Source: Octopus bimaculoides
Lineage: Eukaryota
Assembly (NCBI RefSeq): GCF_001194135.2
Contig: NC_068987.1
Coordinates: 92,845,604-92,909,603 of the forward strand
Direction of reading: 5' to 3'
Length of the DNA stretch: 64,000 nucleotides
Shown one piece after another: positions 1 to 12,236 of this stretch. The first letter of the stretch is position 1. The number at the start of each line of letters is the position of its first letter. Under the pieces are notes generated by a model. It searched no databases. It was given only the letters and a program-made list of their open reading frames with translations, and was not told the origin of the DNA. The position numbers were made by a program, and so were the translations under genes.

Positions 1-36
<36 letters not shown>

Positions 37-576
37 CATATGTATGTTTGCATGAATGTATGTATGTATCTTTTACATCAACCAAAGTGGGAATGAGAGA
101 TTAACAGAAGGAATATTTGTATCATCATAAAAATTCGAGAAATAAGCGTACAAGAGGTAGGGACATGCAATGTATTTCAGAGCGTGTTAATCGTAGTTTG
201 TCTATAGAGCTTGTCATATGCCTTGCGCTCTCTTCATAATCAAATTACTTACAGTCAATTTCCCTCCAGCAGTAGACATGTTGGTTACCACCACTTTCGT
301 TATAAGATAACCACAATCAAACCACATGACTCACACAACATTGTACGATATATATAATTGGCAAAAAGCAAAGCTAAGTTCCCGATCACATGACTAGCGA
401 TGCCATCAGAATGTAGTCGTGCTTGTCAGCTGTAACCTAATCTTCGTTGAACTCTCTTTGCTTAGGTTTGTACAACTTTTCCTCTCAGTTTTCGTTTTTA
501 ACAATGCATACATTCAAACATCAACATATATGTAAATGCGTGTATGTGTGTGAAGGTGTGTCTGCGTCTATCTCTT

Positions 577-596
577 TCTCTCTCTCTCTCTCTCTC

Positions 597-676
<80 letters not shown>
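577..676. repeat. Compound (TC)n-(TA)n microsatellite
   Basis: Directly visible; source of the spurious YIYIYI/ERERER ORFs. Confidence 0.97.
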
Positions 677-680
<4 letters not shown>

Positions 681-1001
681 TAAATACACACGGAGGGAGA
701 GAGACATACACAGATAACTATGTATCTACACAAGTATATATATATATATATATATATATATGGAATTTAACAGTTACCACTATTTGATACAGAGGTGGTG
801 GCTCAAAATTGCCTTCTTTTTAAAAGACAATGTGGTTGGTTGATGGCAGTCATGTGATCAAAAGATTGTTCTCTTTTTAAAAATAGTAAATTAGAATTGC
901 TTTCTCTCTAACAATCTGGCACATTTAATCTATCCTAAATTTCGTTTATGGCTAATCACTGTTTGGTGCTGAAACAGAGAGACAGACTCACACACACACA
1001 C

Positions 1002-1038
<37 letters not shown>

Positions 1039-1274
1039 TATAAACCCATCGTCACCACGATGCAAACATCACTACCCACACATGCTCAGATACAGATCTT
1101 CGTATGTCTATGCCTCACATTGCATTATCATAAGAATTTTCACTTACAGAAATAAGAATTGAAGAACTAGAATAGGTGTAACTTTTGCATAACCTGAGAA
1201 TGTCGCCAGGCAGTAGAATACAAGTATGGTAGGAACAATAACGGAAATGAAGAGAAGGAAAAAAAATCTATTGA

Positions 1275-1387
1275 TTTCAAATTTTGGCACAAGGCCAGCC
1301 TTATCGGGCTGGAGGCGATAAATCGATTACATCAACCCCCACTGCTCAACAGGTACTTATTTTTATCGATTCTGACATTGGCGGAAT
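1275..1387 (-). mobile_element. 3' fragment of tRNA-derived SINE (family A)
   Basis: Shares 'ttcaaattttggcacaaggccagc...cgattacatcaacccc...ggtacttattttt' with copies at 1710, 21989, 29431 and 45678; orientation set by the tRNA-like head in fuller copies. Confidence 0.8.
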
Positions 1388-1709
1388 AAAATTGAATAGA
1401 AATATTTACAATAATTAATCATACAAACGATGCTTCTGCAATTTAGGAAAACTTTGTGTTAAAAGAAATAAAGGGGAAATTTGTTTGAACGAAATCTTGC
1501 TAACTACAGCATTATAAATAACTAATCACAATGTTACCAAATTACACCGTTACTGCTGAGAATCTGAGTATCATTTCATTGTAACATCAAGTCACGTTGT
1601 CGATATTTTGATAGGTAAGTTGTAATATGGAAACACATTGAATAAGTTCTTTGAATCTGTTTTCTTCATAATGTGCTGAACTAGCTTAACACTACTGTAA
1701 TGAAATATA

Positions 1710-1840
1710 GGTTTTAAATTTTAGCACGGGGTCAACAATTTCAGACGAGAGGCTAAATCGATTACGACCACTCCAGCCTTCAGATGGCACTTATTTTTGT
1801 CCCCGCAAAAATACAAGGCAAAGTCGACATCGGCAGCATT
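1710..1840 (-). mobile_element. Diverged SINE family A fragment
   Basis: 'ttttaaattttagcac...atcgattacga...ggcacttatttt...aaggcaaagtcgacatcggcagcatt' aligns by eye to other family A copies. Confidence 0.75.
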
Positions 1841-3913
1841 AGGTAGGGTGCTTAGCACTTTGCGTTGAAACAGTAATGAAATATTCAGCAGATATAAATG
1901 TGATCTGCGAGTCTTGAAGCATGCTAATGTAATACATGTTGCTGGAAATGTGGTTAGGTCAATATTTTTATGAATTCAGTAATGTCTAGCTATTGCACCA
2001 AGTTGAAACCAATTATATTGTGTAAAAACCGTAATATATGTATGTTTATGTGTATATGTGTATTTGGAAACTTTTATTCTCTTCACTTTTATTCTCTTCA
2101 CTTTTCTTGAAAAATTATGGATATCATGAAGGACAGTGTAACAATCGGTAGATTTTTTCCTATCACAGTTATGAACGCTAGATAAATTTTGAGCTGTTCG
2201 GTTTCTATTGCCCTAAGTTGATTTCACTAATATTATCACTTCATCACTCCCTGCAGCAAGTCTACCGAACGATTCTATAATATTCTTTAACGTATCATTT
2301 GGGGAGAATATCATTGAAGAAAAGGTAAGGAATTGGTTCCAGTTGACTTGTTCGTATTCTAGCTTTGATTAGAAAATATTTCTCTGGAACACATGGAACT
2401 TGCTTTTTTCTTAAAAAATGAAAAAAAGTAACACCAAATCCAGGTATTCCCTATTGATGGCCAAGAATGTATTTTTCTATTCTTGATATTGCTGTCTATA
2501 TTCATCTTGTAGGTTTGGATGCATTCCATTAAAAATTATTTCTGTGGTATTTCCGCTATTGAAAATATACGATATAAGTAATAAAACTTTTGTTACGTTT
2601 GTAACACAGGCGTAACTGTCATAGCTTCAACTTTAATATAGCGAGAAAGATAATTTCTTATCGCCATGTTTCCCTGGAACAACAATAAAAAAGTACTAAA
2701 ATTTCTTGAATAATTAAAATTTTCAAATAGCAAAGTAGTGAAAACATATAATAACAAACATATCTAATAAAACATAAATATGTCTGTAAATATGCTGAGT
2801 AAACAGAGATCAGATCTTCAAGAGAAGAAGGTATTAAGAATTATGGACTATCAACGTATTACCTGAAAGAAATGAAAGAGAAACCGAAAAAATACAAACA
2901 AATTCATTCAGAAATAAAATTTTCAAAACAAAAAAAAAAAAGCACGACAAAATCACGTATTAACAAAATTACCGAATGAGTAGTTAAAGAAGAATGAATC
3001 AGTCAAAATAAAATCTTTAACAAATATAAAGTGCATCTCTATAAATTACATAAGGAGTAAATGTCGGGATTCGTTCCGGTAGAAGAGTGATTGAAAATTG
3101 TGTACTTGAGAACCACTCCTAATCATCAGGTGGGTCGGCGTTTGATCCATATTGCGTCACATGAGACGACCTAAAATCGTATTCGTTTGTAACTATTATG
3201 TGAATAAAAGATATCTTCAAGAAGCTTGTATGTGTGCAATGGGTGGGAGTTTAAACGTACATTTGTGCTTCAAAGCAGTGATGAATACAAGACCTACAGA
3301 CACAGCAAATCCTGGTTATCTAGTCGCTCACTTCCATCATTTTCATTGATGTATTTTGACGAATATCCACACATTAGAGGGTTCACTCTATGTTTTGTGA
3401 CGATGTAATTTAGTCGCTGACTGCCACTGAAAATTTGCAATTCGACTACCAGTTTGAATTCTTCCTCACTCGAGGTTTGGCAGCGTATAAAATTTCAATA
3501 ATATGGAATTTCATTATTTAATTCCCGCTGGGAATGCTTCTATTCGCAAAGTTTACGGATCATAGACTACAGCAGAAACACACATACAAGCGCTCCTGGA
3601 ATGTGTAGTGGTTGCGATAGACTTATTCTAGGAACTGATACTTGAACCATAAAATTGCACGCGAACATGCGCACATTCACACACACACATTCGCTCCACA
3701 CTGCTATAGAGAAGCGTCTTCACATATATGTTTCTATGTATATATATATACTCGGAAATTGAGGCGTGATGTTCAATCAAATAATATATATATATNNNNN
3801 NNNNNNNNNNNNNNNNNNNNNNNNNNNNNNNNNNNNNNNNNNNNNNNNNNNNNNNNNNNNNNNNNNNNNNNNNNNNNNNNNNNNNNNNNNNNNNNNNNNN
3901 NNNNNNNNNNNNN

Positions 3914-5063
3914 TTCATTTTAGTTAATTTTTTTTTTATTTATTTTCAGATCATTAAAATGGAATGTCATGTTAAGGAAAATGATCATTTTCGACACCTG
4001 CTTCCTTTTGCTTTTAATCAAGGTTCTAAGGTCGCAAAAGTTGCTCGCGACATTTGTGCTGCGTATGGAGAGGGTGCCATAGCTGAAAGAACCACTCGTG
4101 ATTGGTATGCCAAGTTTAAAATGGAAATTTTGACCTCAAAAACGCGCATCTTTCTGGCCGTCCAGTTGAGTTTCATGAAGAGAGATTAAACTTTTGCACG
4201 AACATTCTCGTCAAACGACAAGGGAACTGGCAGAGAAAATGGAATGCTCCCACACTGTTATAGAGAAGCATCTTCACTCGATGGGAAAGGTTCAGGAGTA
4301 AGGAGTTCCGCATGCTTTAAGTGACAACAACAAAAATCAACGACCCACAATCTCCGCTGGTTTGCTTGCTCGTCACCGCTCAACTCATGGACACAAGCAA
4401 CTATTTCTTTACCGAATCGTTACTGGCGACGAACGATAGTGCTTGTACATCAATATGAAGAAGCGTAAGGAATGGCTTAGCCCCGGTAAACAAGCGGCAC
4501 CACGCGTGAAACAAGATCTTCATCCGCGTAAAACGACGTTTGCGTATGGTAGGATTGGGTGATTATCCATTACGAATTGTTCGAACGGAATCAAACAGTC
4601 AACGCGGAACTATGTTCAACAGATGGACCGACTCAACACGGCTATTCAAGAGATAATACCTAATCGTCAGCATGGAGTTCTTCTGCTGCACGACAACGCC
4701 CGTCCTCATATCGCCAACATGACCAAGGAACCATTCAAAGTTATGGCTGGAAGTGCTGCCACACCCGCCGTACTCTCCCGATTTGGCACCAACGGATTTC
4801 CACCTCTTTCGATCTCTTTCAAATGTTATGCGTGGAGTTTCGTTCAATACTGATGCAGAATTGAGAGCTTGGTTGGATCACTTTTTCGAGTCGAAATCGG
4901 GTGATTTCTACCAACGGAGTATTGAAAATATTGTTGAATGTTGGGAAGAAGTTGTAAATAACAAAGGTGAATACATTATTGATTAATTAGTTGCTATTTT
5001 TTATTAAACCTTTAAAAAATTTAAATTTAAAAAAAAACGGCGGGAACTTAGTTGCCAACCTAA
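3914..5063 (+). mobile_element. Mariner (DD34D-type) DNA transposon, transposase pseudogenised; 5' TIR probably inside the N-gap
   Basis: ATG 3959 MECHVKENDHFRHLL... (HTH region); VTGDE (D at 4428), LLLHDNARPH (D at 4692), YSPDLAPTDFHLF (D at 4795; 103 nt from second D versus 105 expected for D34D, consistent with a 2-nt deletion); C-terminal GEYIID stop at 4986; 3' TIR 'cggcgggaacttagttgccaacctaa' followed by TA. Multiple stops and frameshifts. Confidence 0.96.
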
Positions 5064-5250
5064 TATATGCATGCATATATGGGTACATGACGTCACCAAC
5101 AGTAAACAAAATGAAATACGAAAGCAAATGAGTTCAAAGCGCAAACAACAAGAGAAACAAATGGAAAACCGGACAAATCATATACAGCACGACCCTTTAT
5201 TAGTTGTCGGCTGTCGATCTACTCCTCATTTCGAGCACTGAACGACAATA

Positions 5251-5283
<33 letters not shown>

Positions 5284-5559
5284 GTATATACATACATATA
5301 TACACACGCACTAATATATACGTGTACATGTATGTGTATGTGTGTATGTATGTGTGTATGTTTGTGTGTGTGTGTATGTGTGTGTATGCGTGCGTGTGTT
5401 GTATGTACCTCACTTTATCGACCCTAATCTTCCTCACCCCAAAAATGGTTGCTGAACGTTTAATAATCAGTACTATTCAAGACGCTGAAAAGCTGAAGTC
5501 TTTAATAAAAAAAGATCTTGAAACTAAATCTACTCTGTTGATCCCTGATTTTTTAAAAT

Positions 5560-6531
5560 TATCTTTCTAGTTGTCTATTTTTTCTCTTATTTACACAGTG
5601 GCACCCACAGTCCACCTTTAAACGAGTAGTTTGACTTGTTTGTAAATTTACAGGAAATCATACTTGTTCTTATTCTCTTTCCTTATTGTTCGTTTCATTC
5701 TTTATCTCCATTTCCCTTTACCTTCTTTCTCGTTATTTCATTTCACAATGCTTTTCTCTCCTCTCTACTTCTGTTCTGATGACATGATCTTGTTACTGTT
5801 TGCATTGCCATAACACATTTTCTCTATATTCCTTGCTATACAATACTGTTAATCAGAAACCGATGTCCAACCTCTTCTGAATCATTTGTATCTCCCCAAG
5901 GCCACAAATGTTGCTCTACGTTTTGATTTCTTTTTAATAATTTCGGGAGAAAATTAGATATTCGCTAATTGCCCTCTTCTTTGTTTAAGCCTTTAAAGTT
6001 TGATTTCATTGTTACTTATCGGGCTTCCTCGTTTTTATTGTTCTCAGTTTATTATTTATCATAATTTCATCTAAGCATCTTCACATTCGCAATTACGAAG
6101 TATTTAAACATAGTTTCACCGCTCTTCTTTATCTCTTCTTCAAAGCATCAGTTCTTTTCAACCTTATCTATGGTTAAAGTTATGGTTGATGAAACAATAA
6201 TATCTATCTAAATATGTTTCGGTTTCATCGTACGATCTTATCAGGTTTCCTGTATATATCTCATCAACAAATTTTGTACACATTTACAGATCTCGCTGTA
6301 ATATTCTTTGTTTAATTGTGAACCACGACAAATTGTCTTTCTTGGGAATTTGAAAATGAAACAATCAGGGTATGCTTTCAGCTGGGATATGGTTGCGTAC
6401 ATACAGCAATACTTAACTGAAGGAATTTCCCCCTCGATACCGCTTCTACGAGTCACATCACTGCGCCCACCTGCCTCATTTCGGCGTATTTTATTGTGTT
6501 GATAAATGTATCCAACTAAAACTTTCAGCAT
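5560..6531 (-). mobile_element. Highly decayed non-LTR retrotransposon APE-endonuclease region
   Basis: Minus ORF 6241-6531 contains CMYATISQ (YAP-like) and a later G-x-x-x-N-like segment; IDIIVSS near 6200 resembles the APE C-terminal motif. Motifs are weak. Confidence 0.35.
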
Positions 6532-6573
6532 CTAAACTCATGGCCGTTTCCCATTGGCTTCGGTGTTACCAAA

Positions 6574-6611
<38 letters not shown>

Positions 6612-6889
6612 AAATAATCTGAAGATTCTCTCTTCGTACTAATGCAGAAACAAAGATTTTTTTACTGCACAGATACTCGCCAAAATTTAGAGGCAAGAAT
6701 TAATGTCGCTTACACTCGAGAGGGTATAGTTATCTTGAAATAAAACATACAAAAATACGAATTGCAGTTTCCTTGCATTAGCAATGCCAGTAGTGCAATA
6801 ACTAATGCCAGTTGTGCATGTGCTTGAAACCATATCTGTTTATATAGGTAGAGCTGTAAAATTCTGCGGCAAGCAATATTTGCTGTACT

Positions 6890-7130
6890 TATTCTGCTGA
6901 TGTCCAAAAGTGTTGGAAGAACTGCGTAGAAAATTTTTATCTGTACCTATTCGATTTGGGTCGCTAAACCGTACATAAATAGCAGACACAGGTACGGGCT
7001 TTGCTGCATGAAGCTGTTTGTAATTTTAAAGAGACCAAATAGTGAAAATCTTCTAAGTAATAAGTCAGACCTTCTTCTTTCCTGTATACATAAGGCTACC
7101 CGGACGTTTAAATACTTTAAGGGCAGTTAA
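6890..7130 (-). mobile_element. Decayed LINE RT C-terminal fragment (RTE-like)
   Basis: Minus-strand KVFKRPGSL (FKYLGS-like), LFMYGLAT (LYG-ETW-like), ACRRIL. Confidence 0.3.
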
Positions 7131-7596
7131 GCACCTCTCTAATAGCTATCAGCTTAGGTCGAATCTAATTTACTCTGGCTTTCGCTGGCCCATTAATCGA
7201 ATGATCTACGTATTTATTTCTGAGTCCTCCTAGTCTAGATTTCCCTGTACAATTACCTTATAACCGCTCTTACTATACTTGCATGCTATACTATATTCAA
7301 TGAAATAACCACACAATACGCGGTGCATCCGGCATTATGCAATAGCGATAGCAACGATATCCAACCTAGAAATAGCAACCTGCACACCCTAATCAGTTCT
7401 TTTCCATTTCTTCTAGGTATGTATTCCTTGCATCAAGAGAGAGTTGTTTGAGTTGCGCTTGTTAAATAATAGATAGAACACACTATGCAAACCGCTTACT
7501 CGCGAATATTGTCTGGAGTTGCTTTACCTGATTCACACAATGTGATTATACTATGTAAGTAAATGATACCAACACCACCTGTACAACATTCCATGA

Positions 7597-7973
7597 ATCT
7601 ATTTTAAAACGGGGGCAGCAGTTTTCATTTATGTTTTATGTAGTGCTTTTGGTACCGAAAGACTTTCAAACTTCGTATACTTATCTATTTTGTGTTATAG
7701 AACAGAAAAAAAATTTTGTATTCGAATTTATTTCATGTAAAAAATTGCCTTATTTCGATAATTTCTACTAATCACTGACGTCTATTAAATTGAAAACAGT
7801 TAGCGCTGTAACGGTGTATATCGTATTAATCCCCTAACCCTAACCCTAACCCTAACTAGACTGTTAACCCTAACCCTAACCCTAACCCTAACTCTAAAAC
7901 TAACCCTAACTCTAGAATCCGAACTCTAAAATTGTTACACACACAGATACGCACAGCGTAATTTATTATATAA
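7597..7973. mobile_element. Unclassified non-autonomous element-like segment containing interstitial telomeric repeats
   Basis: About 380 bp with ATCTAT-like ends in opposite orientation and an internal CCCTAA array; resembles a dispersed octopus repeat from memory; class not determinable. Confidence 0.45.
7832..7915. repeat. Interstitial (CCCTAA)n / TTAGGG array, two blocks, degenerating rightwards
   Basis: ccctaa repeats at 7832-7856 and 7865-7912, with variants ctctaa/actaac. Confidence 0.92.
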
Positions 7974-8688
7974 ACAATATATGCGTATAAATTNNNNNNN
8001 NNNNNNNNNNNNNNNNNNNNNNNNNNNNNNNNNNNNNNNNNNNNNNNNNNNNNNNNNNNNNNNNNNNNNNNNNNNNNNNNNNNNNNNNNNNNNNNNNNNN
8101 NNNNNNNNNNNNNNNNNNNNNNNNNNNNNNNNNNNNNNNNNNNNNNNNNNNNNNNNNNNNNNNNNNNNNNNNNNNNNNNNNNNNNNNNNNNNNNNNNNNN
8201 NNNNNNNNNNNNNNNNNNNNNNNNNNNNNNNNNNNNNNNNNNNNNNNNNNNNNNNNNNNNNNNNNNNNNNNNNNNNNNNNNNNNNNNNNNNNNNNNNNNN
8301 NNNNNNNNNNNNNNNNNNNNNNNNNNNNNNNNNNNNNNNNNNNNNNNNNNNNNNNNNNNNNNNNNNNNNNNNNNNNNNNACTACTGTCATCCTTTGACAT
8401 TCAATCCACTATCTGTTCTAACTCTGTGCTTCTAACTCCTTACTGACAGGCACTTCTCTACTTTTACTAAAACTTCAATCGCATAGAAAGTTAAATCTTT
8501 ATTATTAGATTGCCTTCGTACTCTCCCCGAAACTTCAGCAAATATCCTCTGAACACCCCTAAATTCTGTATATCTCTGTCCACCTCCCGTGGTTATTTAA
8601 CATTAGTTACAGATTCCTATACTCCAAATCTATGCCTAATTGGTTTGTATGCTTTTATTTTTCTTCACCCTTATTTTTGATTTAGTTT

Positions 8689-8732
<44 letters not shown>

Positions 8733-9175
8733 TATCTTTCTTTGTCTTTAACTTATATTATGACCTCTCCTTACTTCCCACTGTTCTAAGCCTACTTTAA
8801 TAAAATATCATCTACAGCCCACTCCATCTACCTATGAAATAGTCTAGCTGACCTCTTTGTCACCATTGTTGCTGACCATAGATATCATATTACACACTTT
8901 CAAAACTATATTCTTAACACCAAGGGAATTTACAACTTGTCGGGCACCCTAACGGAACAAACAACGTACTATTCAAAATAACGCGTGATTTAGACCAGCC
9001 CCTTAGGTGCTAAATACGCATGAGGCTGGTTTTCTTTGTATACACAACCGGAATATCCAATTTGATACTCACCAACCATAGACCGGAACCACAGCGATTA
9101 TTTAACCCTATCCGGTGCATGACTTTTCAAGTACTTCATTCTATCCGAATCCTTATTTTACCATACAGGAACACA

Positions 9176-9199
9176 CACTCACAAACACACACACACACA

Positions 9200-9275
<76 letters not shown>

Positions 9276-9420
9276 TATATATATATCGACGACGATATAT
9301 ATATACATATATATAAATATATATATGCATACACATACATAGATAAATATATACATACATGCATACATGCTCATATACATACATGCATGCATGCTCATAT
9401 ACATACATGCATAGACATAT
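9176..9420. repeat. (CA)n, (TA)n and ATAC/ATGC compound microsatellite with about 24-bp higher-order units
   Basis: Directly visible. Confidence 0.95.
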
Positions 9421-9439
9421 ACATTCGCTTGCAGAGTGA

Positions 9440-9920
9440 CATACTAAGAAGTGCTATACAAACCTAGTTCAACAAGAATTGAATCAATGTTGCTGTCTCA
9501 GTTACTCTCGATTGGCAATATCATTAGAGTGACTGACCGCCGTGTACACAGACAGCCATCGTAAAACGAGCTCAGGAAGGGCTCGCACAAACAAGGAATG
9601 CATAAATACAGGTACAAAAAAACACTGCAAATCAACTTGAAATGGAGTGGCACTTGTCCACGTGAACTCGAAACTCCGCCGCAGACAGATCAGCGTGGAG
9701 CGTGTCTCAGCTCACGAGCAGCAGCTGCCCTCAAAGAGGACCGGTAAAAGCGTCTAGATGCTACAGAAGAAATACGTCACACAGTAACGTCTACATTGAT
9801 CCACTCGACAGACTATCACTGTAGCATCTATGAGCGACTGCATGCTTCCAGCTTTGGACTGCGGAATCAGATGCGCTCTCATCACTGAGACACTTTATCA
9901 TCATCGAACACCGATGCTTG
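9440..9920 (+). mobile_element. RTE-clade LINE 3' end
   Basis: Translation gives NELRKGSHKQG, YKKTLQINLKWSG, AADRSAWS and terminal YHCSIYERLHASSFGLRNQMRSHH* (decayed C-terminal zinc-finger-like end of RTE ORFs). Confidence 0.85.
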
Positions 9921-10909
9921 CACGAGTATAATTGTTTGCGTGGTATCTCTTTAGAGATATTAACATGTAGTTATTATGTAAATATATGTAGATATATGTG
10001 CAAGATATGATATGCACCATTACATTTCATGGTTTTACGTGTTGAGTGTATGGAGCATTTCAGCTAAATGTTGTTTTATAGGGAAAATTTGGTATAGACT
10101 TATAACCGGGTGAATGGAAGTATATTTAGAGAGGTAAATATAAAATATAACATATGCTCTGAGTAATCATTAAAAATTATAAAGAAAAGTAATATATATT
10201 AATTAACCGTGTATTTAAGCATCAAATTAATTTAGGTGTAAATATGTTAATAAAGCTTTGAGTAATATAATATATCCTGGGTTTTCATTAAAAAGTATAG
10301 AAATAAAACAAGATATAGTAATTAACCTTGTATTTAAGTATCATATTAATATTAGGGTAAATCTGTTCACAAACAATTAAGTAATAAGGGTGAAGAAATT
10401 TGTTAGTAAAAATAAAAAAAATAAAGAATAAAATTGGGTAGAGTTATTGATAAAAATGTATGTATTTTCGAATGCATATATAAATATAAATACGTTCAAA
10501 TATTTAAACATATAAAAATACATAAAAATATATAGAAATAAAATAAATAAATAAAAATAAATGGGTACTTTAATTATCACATGTTGCACATATATCTACA
10601 TATATTTACACGCTCATACATAATAAATACATGTTATTATCTGTGAAGTGATTATGTATATGTACTCGTGCAAACAATATGCTACTATTTAGATTCAAAG
10701 TTTATTTATGTCCAAATAGGGTTCAGTGAAAAAAAAAAAAGCAAATACAAATACAATAGGGAATAAATAACAAAAATGAATTTATTTTACGGACTTACAT
10801 TAGCAACAAACTGGCAACCCTAAATCTATTTTGTATTCCTCAAATATATAAAGGAAAATCTATTGGTCATATTTTAAAAATAGGTAGCGTTCCATTTATT
10901 CTACTCCTC

Positions 10910-11260
10910 CAACCACCACCACTGCCACCATAACTACTACTACTGCAAACAACGGACCCTGCTTCTATTACTACTACTACTACTACTACTACCAACAGTC
11001 TCTGCTGCTGCTGCTATTACGGCCAACAGTCACTCTCACTACTACTACTACTACTACTAATACTAATACTACTACTGCTGCTGCTGCTGCTGCCGCTGCC
11101 GCCTCCTCTACTACTACAGCCAATTAACTACTGTTACAACTCTACGACCAACGGGCTCTGCTACTGCTGCTATTACGCCCAACGGTCACTCCTACTACTC
11201 ACCACTACCAACACGGTCACTACTATTACTACTACTACTACTACTACAGCTACAGCCAAC
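10910..11260. repeat. Trinucleotide (ACT/GCT) low-complexity array with recurring 'acggccaacagtc' spacer
   Basis: Directly visible. Confidence 0.85.
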
Positions 11261-11433
11261 GGTTCTAGTCAACGCACAAGACAGCTATTATGTTCCCACA
11301 CAGAAATGCTTCCACGTGGACTCTGTTGGCACCAGTAAGAAATGATTATGAGCTTTTCTTTCATTAGACTTTTAAAAATATGTATGTTTAATGAGGTTCG
11401 TTCTTTCAAGAAGAACCGAGACATGTAAAATAT

Positions 11434-11761
11434 CTGCGTGGCATCTTGAGCAAATGTCTTCTACTATAGCCTCGGGTCGACCAAATCCTTGTGAGTGGAT
11501 TTGGTAGTCATATATATANNNNNNNNNNGTGTGTGTGTGTGTGTGTGTTTGTGTGTCTGTGTTTGTCCCCCCAACATCACTTGACAACTGACGCTGGTGT
11601 GTTTATGTCCGCGTAACTTAGCGGTTCGGCAAAATGACCGATAGAATAAGTTCTAGGCTTACAAAGAATAAGTTCCGGGGTCGAATTGCTCGACTAAAGG
11701 CAGTGCTCCAGCATGGCCGCAGTCAAAATGACTGAAACAAGTAAAAGAGAGTAAAAGAGAA
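11434..11761 (+). mobile_element. tRNA-derived SINE (family B) with internal microsatellite; head degraded
   Basis: 'tgcgtggcatcttgagcaaatgtcttctactatagcc' (CORE-like), internal (GT)n, 'cttagcggttcggcaaa', tail 'gactgaaacaagtaaaagagagtaaaagag'; second decayed copy at 15617-15750. Confidence 0.88.
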
Positions 11762-12120
11762 TATATAAAAGATATATATATATATCAGAAAGAAGCATAG
11801 TCTAATGAATAGAGCAGTGATTTTTTACAACATTTTATATCTTGTTACAATTTTATAATTGTTAAAACATTTTATATCTTACCCAAGCTTTCACATCCAT
11901 AAAGTCAAAGCCTTGTGTCCACTTCAAGCAATACGTACTGGAAAATTGGATCTCCCCGTTTACTGGTTAGGCCTCTTCGGGTCTGTAAGGGTTGTTCTGC
12001 TCCTCTGGTTTAGGAGAGATAACCCGTCTTTATTAACCTTTTTCTTGTTAATACACATTTTTCGATTTCTGAGCGTTTCCTCAGGTCCGCGACATAGGAC
12101 TTTTGACTTAATCTATTCAT

Positions 12121-12185
12121 ATAGACTCCGATGAGCTGTCCACGAGGCTTTGGCTTTGTGGATGCGAAACCTACGGAAACACTAT
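12121..12185 (+). ncRNA. Degenerate type I hammerhead ribozyme-like motif
   Basis: atagact-CCGATGA-gc(tg)tccac...gtgga(t)gc-GAAA-cc tac gg-AA-acactat; core deviates at U4 and U16.1 and stem I is partly broken. Confidence 0.4.
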
Positions 12186-12202
12186 ATCCAATATATAAAA
12201 TT

Positions 12203-12233
<31 letters not shown>

Positions 12234-12236
12234 ATA

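Noticed and set aside
3060-3135. Minus-strand hammerhead at CTGATGA 3123-3129
   Set aside because: GAAA replaced by GGAA, and no stem I/III or NUH can be formed.
7832-7915. True chromosome end
   Set aside because: The array is short, degenerate and internal to ordinary sequence.
8981-9024. Hairpin gcgt-gatttag...ctaaat-acgc as a ribozyme stem II
   Set aside because: Neither core motif is present on either strand without invoking several deletions.
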